64,000 nt of DNA from Octopus sinensis. Its lineage: Eukaryota. Below, piece after piece: positions 51,131-64,000 of this stretch (the stretch's first letter is position 1; the number at the start of each line of letters is the position of its first letter). Position numbers and translations under genes: made by a program. Under the pieces are notes generated by a model. The model did not search any database. It was given only the letters and a program-made list of their open reading frames with translations, and had not been told where the DNA came from. Location: assembly GCF_006345805.1 (NCBI RefSeq), contig NC_043013.1, positions 19,964,001-20,028,000 on the forward strand, read 5' to 3'.

Positions 51131-51789
51131 AATAAAACAAACGATTTTATATTTTAAAATTTCCCTCTACTAAGCACTTTTATTTATTTCTCTCTATCTC
51201 TCTCTTTCTCTCTCTTCTCTCTCTCTCTCTTTCTCTCTTTCTCTTCACCTCTCACTTTCCCGTAACTGCCTCTCCTGTCCATCTCTCTTTATCTGGCTTT
51301 TATTTAAACGCATTACAAGAACATTATCTTCTGCTAAATATTGTATCTTAAACATATCTCTTTCTCTTTACCGTTCATTCCCCACCCTACAGTACGACGT
51401 AAGTATTTCTCTCACCCTCTTTTCTCTCACTGTCTTTTACTTTCGCTTTTCGCCTCTCTCTTCAACTAACCTCGTGACATATTTGGTCGTATTATACCTC
51501 TTTCTCTACTTCTTCCTCGCACAATCCTCACCTTCCTCTCTCTCACTCTCTCTCCCTTACACACACACACACTTTCACTCTACCTCTCACTCATTTCACC
51601 CCCCACCTTTCTAACAAAAGTATAACGGGCGTTCGAACGAGCGGATTACACGCACGCGCGTGCACACACACACACATACATGCTTATAAACTCATGTAGA
51701 ATAATGGTATTTATTATCATCGTTTCAATAGATGTTTAAACGTTTTTTCGTGTTTGTTGTTTTTAATATCCTAAACAGTTTAAGACGTT

Positions 51790-51985
51790 GAAGTGGCAGA
51801 ATCGTTTGCACACCAAGCAAGAGGCTTATCGGCATTTCGCCCGTTCTGAGTTCAAATTCCACTGAGGTTGACTTTCATCCATTCGACGACGATAAATTAA
51901 GCACCATTTGAGCACGTGGGTCTATATAATCGCCTTACCTCCTACTCCGAAGTTACTGGCCTTGTGTCAAAATTTGAAACTGATA
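51790..51985 (+). mobile_element. Diverged SINE family A variant
   Basis: gtggcagaatcgtttgcacaccaagc..gagttcaaattccactgaggttgacttt. Confidence 0.65.
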
Positions 51986-52261
51986 TCACTAAGAGGTTTT
52001 TTCACTATAAGTGATTTCGATTAACACGTACACTCTCGGAAACAACGTACAGCTATCGTATTTAGTAATATTCTTGGTTTTTACTTGTGGATACACATAA
52101 ACACATACACATATATATTTAGGCATATGGTCGATACTTCTCCTACCCTTTCCCTCTCTCTCTCTCTCTGAAAGAGATAGCTGTCTTGAAATTTGGAGAG
52201 GAATTGGCTTGTCACGACGCTTCCCTCGAGGGAATACCACATATTATTTCATACATGCATA

Positions 52262-52347
<86 letters not shown>

Positions 52348-52353
52348 ATATAG

Positions 52354-52395
<42 letters not shown>

Positions 52396-52999
52396 TTATA
52401 TATATATACATACATATATATATATATGAAAGGATAATGTATATAGATGTATATATATACATACATGCATACATACATAGATATATAAACGTATATAGGT
52501 ACATATTACCATGTGAAATAGTTGTTTGACGGGTTTGTGTGTCCAAGTGCGTCAAATTCGAAGTCAAAGGTCAGATCATGTTTGAAAGTCTGTTACTAAA
52601 TTCTTAAAAACAGCTCTTTAAGTGAAGTCGAAAAGTTGTAGGGGGGAATTCTAAAGTATAATTAGAGAGGAACTAACAAGTGTGAATTAAGAAATTGTAT
52701 CACTTGGACATGAAACAATACTATCTTCAAAGAGTTGTGCTTTGAGAGGAACAATGAGTGGTTTCTACTTGAAAACAAAGAATTCAACAAGCAACGTGGA
52801 ATTATATTTGTCAAGGACTTGGAAAGTAGTTGAGATGTTTCGAATCAAGTGCTTCAGTTCTTGAAACAGCGATAGGAAGTCGTGCGTTAGATCATGGTAT
52901 TTCTATGACATAAGCCTGTTGCAGGTGTATGCGCTGTCACAATTATGATTTGGCTTTAGACACACAGTAAGCAGGTGGTTTTGGATGGGGTGCGTGCGT

Positions 53000-53044
<45 letters not shown>

Positions 53045-53496
53045 AGGAGACTAAATTTCTTTGCTTCACTGAAGCCCGAATGCTGCGGAATCGTGTCAGC
53101 GCTGAGGTCGGTTTAAATGACTCTCACGTCTTTTCGTTAATGTAATTATTTCACTTTCATTAGATAATTTCAGATCGGGTTACTGGTTGAAGGAAAACGA
53201 TACACGCCCAAATACAACAAACATATATTTACATACAAATATACATGTAAACTCACTCCCATGTACATGTCTGCTTTATGACTATTCATACATAAGTACA
53301 AATACGTATGTATATATGTACATATACATATACATTCTAGCACACATGTGTCTGTCTGTCTGTCTGTATACATGAATATGCTTATATTTTGTGCACTATT
53401 TAACCTGTTTGTACTAACAAATTTATACATATATACGCACATAAATATTTATATACACACACACATATACATACATATATATATATATATATATAT

Positions 53497-53714
53497 TCGT
53501 TTATTCTTTTATTTGTTTCAGTCATTTGACTGCGGCCACGCTGGAGCACCGCGTTTAGTCGAGCAAATCGACCCCATGACTTATTCTTTGTACTTATTCT
53601 ATCAGTCTCTCTTGCCGAACCGCTAGGTGACGGTATGTAAACACACCAGCATCGGTTGTCAAGCGTTGTTGGGGGGGGGACAATCACAGACATACAAACA
53701 TATACATACATACA

Positions 53715-53749
<35 letters not shown>

Positions 53750-53910
53750 GATGGGCTTCTTCCAGTTTCCGTCTACCAAACCCATTCACAAGGCTTTGGT
53801 CGGCCCGAGGCTATAGTAGAAGACACTCGCCCAAGGTGTCACGCAGTGGGACTGAACCCGGTACCATGTGGTTGGTAAGCAAGCTACTTACCACACAGCC
53901 ACTCCTACGC
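53497..53910 (-). mobile_element. SINE family B, full length
   Basis: Same architecture as 7390-7800. Confidence 0.9.
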
Positions 53911-54268
53911 CTATATGTTTGTGTATAATATATATACTCATATACATTGTGATAATTTTCCGTTTCGTGTATCGTAGTGACCAAGAGTTTCATCGCAGTT
54001 AGGGATTTTCAGATTGAAACAACATTAGGACAATGGTAAAGGCATTGAATAATCTTTAAGATAGTGTGGCCGATTGAGAAGACTTTCCAATGAAGGGAAT
54101 CCTGGTTCCTTCATTTTCTTCTGTATTCTTCATTCATTTTCCAGTTCCGTATATTACTTGATTCTGGATGTGTGTACGTTTCAATGTGTTCGTCTAAACG
54201 TTTGCGCGCAAATCCGTTCGTATGTGTGTGTGTGGTGTGTGTATATATTTAAGCCTGTGTGTACATAA

Positions 54269-54495
54269 AAGCAGGTGGAGAGTTAATTGACTCTGAAATT
54301 GAAATATATTTCTTTGTTATTGATAGCAGTTTGCATAAAAGTTGAGTTCGTATGTCAAAGGCTATATGTCACCGACAGTTGCCTTCGTCGTAACTCCACC
54401 TTTCTTCTTTGACGTATGGAATCTTCAATTACTCTAATATCAATAGCAAAGAAATAGATTTAAAATCTTAGACTCAATTAACTATTCACCTGCTT
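54269..54495. mobile_element. MITE-like fold-back with ~55-bp imperfect terminal inverted repeats
   Basis: gcaggtggagagttaattgactctg..ttattgata versus tatcaatagc..gactcaattaactattcacctgc; an inner atgtcaaag/ctttgacgt pair. Confidence 0.55.
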
Positions 54496-55098
54496 CTTTA
54501 CATATACATAGACTCCTCTGACACACAAATAGGCACATATACACCACAACAAACCAACATACATAAATGCTTCATAATAAATTAAAATATTATGGTAAAA
54601 ATTTAAGTATAAATTACGTATAAATACCATTATCTCCACTTCTTAAAACCTGTAACAGTTTGAATATTCCCGGCTGGAACAAAATATTAATCCTGTGTTG
54701 GAAGTACTGAACCTTCAGATTTTCACAATAAATTCTTATTTCCTGTTAGCCTGTATTGAGTCCTTTCAATCTTGAAATTAATTCTACAATGTCCGAAATA
54801 AATACTTGGTAATACTATAACAATACTATACATTCTTCATATTATAATCTATATGTACATACTATATTCATACAAATAAGCATTCGTGCCTACGCCCCCC
54901 CCCCACACACACACATATGCGCGTCTAATACAATATACACACTTATATTCACATGTAAGTCATACCATACCGACATGCACAGACACACAGAAATACACAC
55001 ACACACACACACGGGCACATATATATATATATGTATGTATATGTATATATATATATGTATATATGTATAAATATATATGTGTGTGTGTGTGTGTGTGT

Positions 55099-55245
55099 GG
55101 AGGTGCGCGACTTAGTGGTTAGGGTGTCAGCATCATGATCGTAAGATTGTGGTTTCGATTCGTGGACCGTGCGACGCGTTGTGTTCTTGAGCAAAAACAC
55201 TTCATTTCACGTTGCTCAGTCCACTCAGCTGGCAAAAGTGAGTAA
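55099..55245 (+). mobile_element. tRNA-derived SINE family D, head
   Basis: cttagtggttagggtgtc..ggtttcgattc, followed by gttcttgagcaaaaacacttcatttcacgttgctc; related to 61545-61895. Confidence 0.7.
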
Positions 55246-55252
55246 AAGGAGG

Positions 55253-56080
55253 CGAGTCAAATGTATTATGGTACTTGGTGCGTTGGCACATACACATTGT
55301 GCATGGTTTCACATTGTATATGATTTGAAAGCCACACAGATGAACGTGGAACGTTGTCTAATTCGGAAAAGCATAAGCTTCACGATTTCGAACTGAGCCT
55401 TAACGCCGCAAATGCAACTAAAAGCACCTGTGTAAAAGTTGAGGGCGAAGTTGATTACAGTCCAGTAATTAGATGGTTCAAAACTTTCGCTCCGCTGCAA
55501 GAACCTCACCGATCAAGCAAGGTCAGGTAGACGAGTGGTCAGGTAGACAGTAGTGGACTCTGAGTTCGTGCCCTAAGCCAACGAGGCAGATCTGGCGACG
55601 AACACTCGGAGAATATCAGGTCAGCGCGGCATCATGGATGTATGGCACTGTACAGCAAAAATATCTGGTATTTGTTAATAGAAAGCGAGCTCTTCTGCAC
55701 CAAGACTGTGCAAGATTTTATACCACTCGAACCACCTGGAATAAACTCAAAGAGCTTCAGGGAATGGTACTGATTCCACAACCAGCAAATAGTCTGGAAC
55801 TAACTGCCTCGGATCATTATTACATGTTGCGTTCCATGGCTTACCTCCTGTGCCCTCGACGCTTCATTAACCGAGAGTTGGTGAGGGTTCAGTGAAGTTC
55901 TTCTTCGCCTAGAAGGTAAAGGACTGGAATCAATGTAGGATCAAAGAACTGGAAGAAATGTGGTGCCACGGAGTGCAACACGGTCGCCTCAACTTCAATG
56001 CTAGGTTGCTTTTGGTGAAACTTGAGCAGTGAAGGTAAATAAGTTAACAAAATATTGAGAACTTTTGACTCAACATGGTA
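55253..56080 (+). mobile_element. Decayed mariner element
   Basis: N-terminal ..FELSLNAANA..RWFK..DQARSGR; C-terminal LLHQDCAR..LIPQPANSLELTASDHY (degenerate HPPYSPDLAPSDY) ..KELEEMW. Confidence 0.75.
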
Positions 56081-56397
56081 TACATACACACTTACTCATA
56101 CATACATGCATGCATACATACATGTGTATATATATATATATATTTTATATAATATATATGTGGTTGGGTGTGTGTGTGTGTGTATATACAAAGTTTATAT
56201 GTTTGTATATTTATATATTTATATATATATATAATATATATATATTATATATATGTATATATATATATATATACAGAGAGAGAGACAGAGAAGAGAGGGA
56301 GAGCGAAAGGCAAAAGAGAGAAGACAGAAATAATTACATATATATATTGCATATGTATGTGTGTGTGTATATATATATACACACACATACATTCAGC

Positions 56398-56433
<36 letters not shown>

Positions 56434-56483
56434 ATATGTATATATATAATATATATATATTATATATATATATATTAGATATA

Positions 56484-56523
<40 letters not shown>

Positions 56524-56899
56524 GTGTGCGTGTATGTATGTATGTATGTATGTATGTATGTATGTATGTATGTATGTATGTATGTAGTGCATATCGGAAA
56601 CCGAGTTCCCTGCTTGGGTAGATAAGAGAAATATCTGCGTAAATAAGATCGTTAGTAGGTGTAAAACGGCAAAATAGGATGGCTAATGGCTCTACAAAAT
56701 CGATTGCAGTAAATGGCGAATGCATTGGACTTGAGTGAAAGCCGTTTATACTTGTGTGCTTAAATACATGTAAGTGCTACTGTGTGAGTAGATGTGTGTA
56801 TGTAAGTGTATGTGTGTGTGTGTGTGTGTTTGCGTGTGTATAAATGTGCTTGGTGTAAGGAGAACGAATGTAAGCAGTTATTGAGATGCTGACAGAGAG

Positions 56900-56926
56900 A
56901 AAGAAAGAGAGACTGAAGGAGCAAGG

Positions 56927-56992
<66 letters not shown>

Positions 56993-57054
56993 ATTATATA
57001 TATAATAATATAATATATATATATTATATAATATATATATATATATCTATGATA

Positions 57055-57086
<32 letters not shown>

Positions 57087-57119
57087 GATGTATATAATAA
57101 TATATATATATATATAATG

Positions 57120-57158
<39 letters not shown>

Positions 57159-57208
57159 TATTATATGTATATATATATCTATATATATATATATATATGT
57201 GTGTGTAT

Positions 57209-57252
<44 letters not shown>

Positions 57253-57300
57253 GTGTGGTGTGTGTGTGTGTGGTGTGTGCGCGTGTGTCTGTTTGTGTCT
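56900..57300. repeat. (TA)n/(TG)n microsatellite field
   Basis: Direct inspection. Confidence 0.95.
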
Positions 57301-57792
57301 GTGTGTCTCTGTGTGGGAAAATGTCATTATTTAAAAGCACTTTTAATATGAAGTGATCATTTTTACTGTTGATGCCACTATAACGACTGCTGAGTCAACT
57401 TGTTCAGCGTGTGTATATGCATATACAGCTAGTATATATATATATAGATATATATATATATTATATATATCACGTCACATGTGTTTGTGTTTGTCTCTCA
57501 CTCTCAATCACTTTCTGTTTTTCGCTCTATGTATATATGTGTGTACTTGCGTGTGTTTGTACACATGCACACACACATGTTTTTCAGCCTATTTATCTAT
57601 CTATCTATCTATCTATATATGTATCTATATATCTATATATATAATAGGTGTGTGTGTGTGGTGTGTGTGTGTGTGTGTGTGTGGTGTGTGTGTGTGTGTG
57701 GTGTATTTATTTATCAATCTATCTATGTTCCCCATCTATCTATCTATTTATTTATTTATCTACTTCTCTCTCTCTCTCTCTCTATATATATC

Positions 57793-57825
<33 letters not shown>

Positions 57826-57935
57826 CATAAGGGATGGGTTCTGAAATCCTTCAGATGGATGTCAAAGATCCAATCCGCCAGTGCAGCCTAAGCAACAAAG
57901 TCCAAGCAAAGAATATATAGAAAAGAATATATATT

Positions 57936-58143
57936 CAACGTAAAGTGTACTAGCCATCTGAATGTGGGTTGCCACTGGGGTTGGGGTGTTACTGATGCTT
58001 TTAGCCCCGGAGATCAACGTTACCAGCTGGAAATTTTGTGTCTAAGGCCAGCTGGTGACGTTGATCTCCTGGGGCTAAAAGCATCAGTTACACCCCACCC
58101 CCAGTGGCTACCCACATTCAGATGGCTAATTCACTTTACGTTG
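57936..58143. repeat. ~95-bp-arm inverted repeat with 17-nt spacer
   Basis: caacgtaaagtg..ccagctgg (57936-58030) / ccagctgg..cactttacgttg (58048-58143), about 90% identical. Confidence 0.9.
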
Positions 58144-58744
58144 TCGAGCGGTTACTGTTTATATCTCGTTCAGAGATTTATTAATATATATCCAATATTT
58201 GCAAAAACAATAAATGAAGTATAGAGAAAGGAAAAAATTGTAGGTGTAGATGATCTTTAATTCATAATCCAGATTGGTATGGATCCAATATGAAACCAAC
58301 AAATTGTTTCGGAGTCTAATTAATTCCAAAGACAAAAACAAAAATTTCTTCGTCGGGAATTTCATATTGGTTTAATTACGACCAACAAAAATATACAAAG
58401 ACCTTTCATAGCCCAGACGGGACGAACAAATAATATATATATATTATATATATATATATAATATATATATATATATATAAATCTATCTACTTATGTCTGT
58501 CTATCTATCTATCAATCTATCTAGCTAGTTGTGTATGTATGTATGTGTTTGTATGCATGCAAGTGTGTGTGTGTGTTTGCGTGCGTGCGCGCATGTGTGT
58601 GTGCGTGAGTGTGTGTGTGTGTATGTAGGTGCGTGGACAAAATGAGGCAATGACGATTTTAATTCTTTCATTGAAAGAGAAAAATTTTAATGCTATTTAC
58701 CGCGTTGTGAAGAAAACAATATCGTATTATTAATTGTTCGTAAG

Positions 58745-59050
58745 GGGGTGAGTACTCTTGTGCTGTATTAGCTGCAATGGATATGGAGTACTTCAGTTAA
58801 ATGTTTGTCGGAGAATAGTACCCTAGTGTCCTATTGGCTGCAATGTGAGGGGAGTACTTCTGCTTCATGTGTATGAGTACTCCACTGTCGTACGAGTACT
58901 CCACTGTCTAGTGCAGTGAGTACTTCAGCGCCTTATCGGTTGTAATATAAATGGAATACTCCTGTCCAATGTATATCGGAGTGTGGGTGTTCCGCTGTCC
59001 TGTTGGCTGTGATGTGTTTGGAGTATCTTAAAATACTCATCGACTGCAAG
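58745..59050. repeat. Degenerate minisatellite with recurring gagtact core
   Basis: About 8-10 gagtac(t/c) anchors at irregular 19-45-bp spacing. Confidence 0.55.
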
Positions 59051-59097
59051 AGAATTGAACAGTTTGTCACGTGATGTCGGTAAACAGACAGAGTATC

Positions 59098-59663
59098 TAT
59101 TGGGTTGTCCAGAAAGTTCGTGCCGATTTAAAGCAGCTTACCTTTCGACTTATTTTAGAACATGGTTGAGTCCATAAAATAGGATTTGACTACACCTCCA
59201 TTTAGAGGTTTAAGCTATCTATTCGTGGAAGAAGGTTTATGTTCCTATAACCTGTGTTAATTCTGTAACCCTTTAAAATGGAAGATAAGAAAGTTCATTT
59301 TCGGCACTTGATGCTTTGGGAACCAGACAAAAATTGCTGCAGCTCAGCTGGGATGTGTTACCCCACTCTCCATATTCACCATGTATTGCTCCTTCAGATT
59401 TCCACTTATTCAGGTCTCTGCAGAATAGTCTTAATGGTAAAAATTTCAATTCCTTGGATGACATAAAAAGATACCTTGATGAATTATTTGCCATGAAACC
59501 ACCTCAATTCTGGGAAGAGGGTATTTTCAAGTTAAAGGAAAGATGGAAACGCATTGTGCAACAAAATGGTTCATATTTGGTTGATTAAAAATGTACTGGC
59601 AAGTTTTTATTGACCTTTTTCTTTCCTTTAAAAATCGGCACGAACTTTCCGGACAACCCAATA
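59098..59663 (+). mobile_element. Internally deleted mariner (non-autonomous), intact TIRs and TA flanks
   Basis: TIRs tattgggttgtccagaaagttcgtgccgattt / aaatcggcacgaactttccggacaacccaata. MEDKKVHFRHLMLWE is fused to TRQKLLQLSWDVLPHSPYSPCIAPSDFHLFRSLQ..RWKRIVQQNGSYLVD*. Confidence 0.95.
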
Positions 59664-60305
59664 ATTTGGTAGTAACTAAAAAAAAACTGATCACCACAGT
59701 ACCTCTACGTAGTCTCTTGACATCGGAGAAAGAGCAACTAAATTTCGCTCAAATCAAACCTGAATGTCTTAGAAATGGATGCACTGGATTATGTAGTGCT
59801 TGATTACTTAGACATAGGAGCAAATGGGATGGTCACAGCTGTAACACCTTTGATCATAAGTCTTCTTGATCAGGACTGACCTAGAGCTAAACAACACATT
59901 ACATGTCGACAGCGTTTTCACTACGCTAATTAACGGAATTAATTAATAAAACCTAATGAGCGGGATGGTCACGTTTGAAATATCTTTTAATTATAGGCAT
60001 ATTAAATCGAGGCTGCTTTAAGGTTAAGCAATATTTTAAATCAACAATTCTCCTCCCCACTACACTAATTAATAACTATAATTCATGAAGTACTTAAAAC
60101 GTGATATTCACTGATGGGATCTCTTTGATCAAAAGTTTCTTCAATAAGTGAAGGTTTTTCTCTTTGAGATGAGCTTCTTATTGTTGAAAGTTCTTAATCA
60201 CGGGAGATGGGTCCCCTTTAAGATGAGCTCCTCCTTATCGTTGAAAATACTTAATCGCGAGAGGTGGGCTCTCTTTTGTAGAGCGAAGGTTGAATATGTC
60301 TAAAT

Positions 60306-60621
60306 CAGTGGTTCTCAGTCAATTTTTATTTACGGAGCTTTTTGATTACTATTTTTTTCTTGTTGACACCAATAGCCATTCCATTTCTAGAACCTAGATT
60401 CAGAGAGAGTTCTTTCAAAATTCCTATTTTGTTTTTCACACATTAACTTGAACAACGTAACTTGAACAAAGTTCAAGAAAGTTTAGTCGTTTCTTACAAT
60501 AAATACATCGAAAGTGAAGATTTTTCACGGACACTTAAAACACTACTGCGGGTCCCCAATTCATTATTTTGCTTGCGTGGATCCATAAAACTCTAGTATG
60601 GACCCCATTTGAGAACCACTG
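60306..60621. mobile_element. hAT (Charlie-type) MITE, 316 bp
   Basis: TIR cagtggttctca/tgagaaccactg; 8-bp TSD gtctaaat (60298-305) / gcctaaat (60622-29) with one mismatch. Confidence 0.9.
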
Positions 60622-61239
60622 GCCTAAATCTACTTATTTACCTCAGTACATGCGTTTTTGAACCTCACCTTCTTGCCCAAGACGAAAGATTACGTCGAGC
60701 TACGTTCTAACCGAACTCAAAACATCTATTGACAGAATTATATCCAACGACATTTTTGTTGGCAAATCTCGAATGTGTTTTCTCCCCAAAGACAGAAAAT
60801 GTTTTTCTTTTGTATTCTTCAAGTAATTTTATTATCAACTATTTTTATCATTTCATTTTATTCTCCAAACGAAATCCATTTTAATTTAGTTATTTGTCTG
60901 TGAGAGAGTGTAAAAAATGAGAGGAAATGGAATTGGTAAATTCTGGCTCCGATTTCAAATTAAAAGTTAAAAAGAAAAAAAATATTTTGTTTGTGTCTTT
61001 GGTTGAAGGTGTTCTTATTGTTTAGGTTATAAAATAGATGTAGTTGTTTGAGTTTCATTTATATTACCTGCACGTACAATGTCACTAACTTGAAAGTACT
61101 TTGCAGATTCCATTAGGGAATCATATCATGGTTTTATCTATGCTTTGTCTTGAGATCTATGGCAAGAAAATTAAAATTGTCTGAGAAAGTAAGAGAAAAA
61201 AATATATGCATAGAAGTTTGTAGCTTAATGCCATGGCGG

Positions 61240-62400
61240 AATATACAGAGGGAGTGATAATAGTAAATACAACATAAAATACACAATACACGGTTGTCAC
61301 ATCAACAGCAAAATACAACACAGTTGTCACATCAATAACACAACACGGTTGTCGCATCAACAATACAGTATAACACACACAACTAATAAATATCATAGAT
61401 ATCACACCGACACCACAACGCATAGAACGCAACACATAATACATATAAACAGCAGATATCACAGACACCACAACACATAAATAGCTCGGTTATCACACAT
61501 AACACAACACACACAACCGATAAAGAGCACATTCGTCACATAAAGGATAATGCTCCATTCCGAATCATAGGAGCACTCCGTCGGTTGCGACGACGAGGGC
61601 CCCACCTGATACGATCAACAGAACAGCTTGCTCATAAAATTAACGTGCAACTGGCTGAGCACTCCACAAACACGTGTACCCTTAACGTAGTTTTCGGGAA
61701 GATTCAGCGTGACACAGGGTGTGACAAGGCTGGCCCTTTGAAAAACAGGTACTACTAATTTTTGCCAGCTGAGTGGACTGAAGCAACATGAAATAAAGTG
61801 TCTTGCTCAAGGACACAACACACCGCCGATAATTGAACTCACGACCTTGCGATCATGGGCCGAATGCTCCTAACCACTAAGCCACGTGTCTTCACTCCGA
61901 GACTTAGAGACTCATGAGGCCGTTTTTTCCCGATTTTTGTGGCGTATAAATTCCCCACCTAGACTTGACAGCAGTCTGTTGCAGGATTACTCACTTTCGC
62001 CAGCTGAGTTTACTGGAGCGACGTGAAATGAAGTGTTTTGCTCAAAACTACAACTCATCACCCAGTCCAAGAATCGAAACAGCAAACATACAATCATTAG
62101 TCCAACATTCTAACCACTAAACTACGCGCCCTCACTCACTACAGTTATCACACCAAGAGCAAGAAAACAACACAGTTATCATAGAAGCAAGATAACGCAA
62201 CACAGCGCAACTCATAAGCAACACAGGTATTAAGCCAACACCACAACAGATTTCTCATTCCAAGAAGACAAGACACAACATAAAAACACATACATCACAC
62301 TAACCACATAAAGCAGCACAACACATAACACACAACTTACTTATCACTCCAACACCACAATATAACACACTGTTACACCATAACCGAAACATAATTTCCG
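61240..62400. repeat. AC-rich degenerate minisatellite (acagttgtcacatc-like motif) split by SINE D copies
   Basis: Same composition at 61240-61540 and 62135-62400. Confidence 0.6.
61545..61895 (-). mobile_element. tRNA-derived SINE family D, full length (partial copy at 61975-62135)
   Basis: Minus-strand head gtggcttagtggttaggagcattcgg..gtgagttcaatt, then gtgtccttgagcaagacactttatttca. Confidence 0.8.
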
Positions 62401-62670
62401 TTATAGAAGCTGGTGTAGTTGCAAATATGGAAAGATCAAAATGTGAATATGAAACAAAGTAACAGTTGTATATGACTGAATGATGTTCTCTACACTAAAC
62501 ACTTACGATATAGAATAATTGATAGAGACAGAAAAAAGTATAAATAACAAAAGGTAATATTTATCCCCGCTTAAATGTGTGCGTGTGTTGTGCGAGAGTA
62601 CGACACCCCCTGGTGAGCATGGACTGGGCCACTATATATAAATATATATAAATATATAAATATATATAAA

Positions 62671-63082
62671 TAAGGCGGTGAGCTGGCAGAAACGTTAGCG
62701 CGCCGGGCGAAATGCTTAGCGGTATTTCGTCTGCGTTACGTTGTGAGTTCAAATTTCGCTGAGGTCGACTTTGCCTTTCATCATTTCGGGGTCGATAAAT
62801 CAAGTACCAGTTACGCACTGGGGTCGATGTAATCGACTTAATACCTATGTCTGTCCTTGTTTGTCCCCTCTGTGTTTAGCCCCTTGTGGGTAATAAAGAA
62901 ATAGAAATAGGTATTTCGTCTGTCGTTACGTTGTGAGTTCAAATTCCGCCGAGGTCGACTTTGCCTTTCATCCTTTCTGGGTCGATAAATAAAGTACCAG
63001 TTTCGCACTGGGGTCGATGTAATCGACTTCGTCCCTTGTTTGTCCCCTCTATGTTTAGCCCCGATGTGGGCAGTAAAGAAAT
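62671..63082 (+). mobile_element. SINE family A with duplicated body/tail
   Basis: Head taaggcggtgagctggcagaaacgttagc; a second body starts near 62910. Confidence 0.9.
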
Positions 63083-63595
63083 ATATATATAAATAGTAGC
63101 GGTTCATGTGTTGATAATTTTAAGTTGGAGTTCAAAGTTTACAGTTCGTGTTAGCGCGTGGGGATTGTCGATTCTTAAAAGTGTGTTGTTACGTTCCAAG
63201 TGATTACTGCCGTTTGTTTCGGTTATAATTTTATTACACCGTTGCAGTGTATTCGTTTATCTATAAGGATATAACAATGTGTTAAAACATAAAATACTGC
63301 GATAGTTACCATGGGAAAACCTCTCATGTGGTTCTGTGGTGAATATACATACTCGAGTTTACATCGATAGCGGGAGACAATTAACGCCATTACCGCCACC
63401 AGGTCTATCAGATTACGTAATTGCGGTCTTTCTTGGACTCGTCAATAGTAGACGCTTGAACGCTAGAAATAGCAGCGATTGCTCTGCTAGCGATATACAT
63501 AGAAACAGACATGTTATCTATCGCAAATAGACATGTTATCTATCCCAATATTCTATGTCCTAAAACAATATTCACTTTTAAGTGGGGATAAATAT

Positions 63596-63787
63596 TCTTT
63601 TCTTTTCAGCTCTAGGCACAAGGCCAGAAATTTTGGGGGAGGGAGCCAGTCGATGAGATTGAACTCAGTACGCAACTGGTACTTAATTTATCGTCCTCGG
63701 CGGAATTTGAACTCAGAACGTAAAGACAGACGAAATACCGCTAAGCATTTCGCCCGGCATGCTAACGTTTCTGCCAGTTCACCTTAA
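63596..63787 (-). mobile_element. SINE family A variant with internal deletion
   Basis: ggcggaatttgaactcagaacgt..gctaacgtttctgccag plus ctaggcacaaggccagaaatt tail. Confidence 0.8.
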
Positions 63788-64000
63788 GTAGAAATAAATA
63801 TTAACCTTTGATATACACTTTCAAATATATACAGTTTCAAGTGTAATATTTATAGAAAGAGATATAAAACCACCTCTATATTCTATTATCCCTTTCTTCT
63901 GTTGTTTTCTCAAATTAAGGAGCGGTGGAGCCAGAAGCCTCTGCATGGACAGAATATATCAAGTAACAACCCATCAGTGGCTGAGAAGTTCAGGAATCAA

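Noticed and set aside
56590-56725. Minus-strand TACTAAC branch point with acceptor and open frame
   Set aside because: No donor follows; the frame runs into a microsatellite.
58745-59050. Repeat-and-spacer pattern suggesting CRISPR
   Set aside because: The anchor is only 6-8 bp, spacing is irregular, and the spacers resemble each other.
63460-63475. gctagaaatagca, matching part of the Cas9 sgRNA scaffold
   Set aside because: The match is only 13 nt, no remaining scaffold is present, and similar gactgctat(t/a)tct motifs recur as a local repeat.

Overview
This is a repeat-saturated, AT-rich eukaryotic non-coding region, probably an intron or intergenic stretch. The tRNA-derived SINE families and microsatellite landscape look like Octopus (inference from recalled repeat sequences). 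No host protein-coding gene can be called with confidence, and almost all ORFs in the track are microsatellite or satellite artefacts. Recognisable coding remnants all come from transposons: RTE (1-340, 478-630, 44208-45012), a 5'-truncated Tx1/L1-clade ORF2 inside (GATA)n (18712-21550), a CR1-type RT (29825-30425), several R4/Dong RLE elements inside (TAA)n (37994-48870), a gag-like ORF1 with a decayed CCHC knuckle (49810-51130), two mariners, a Tigger-like fragment, an hAT MITE and a Helitron-like element. There is also a 52-bp satellite (22177-23886). The most notable signal is a set of short elements, mostly fold-backs embedded in (TA)n, that carry minimal type-I hammerhead ribozymes with palindromic stem III. 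They lie at 2433-2479(-), 10753-10842(+) with mirror 10643-10733(-), 28004-28061(+), and 31363-31412(+) with mirror 31286-31336(-); decayed relatives are also present. They resemble Penelope-like pseudo-LTR termini, here often arranged as inverted ribozyme pairs.
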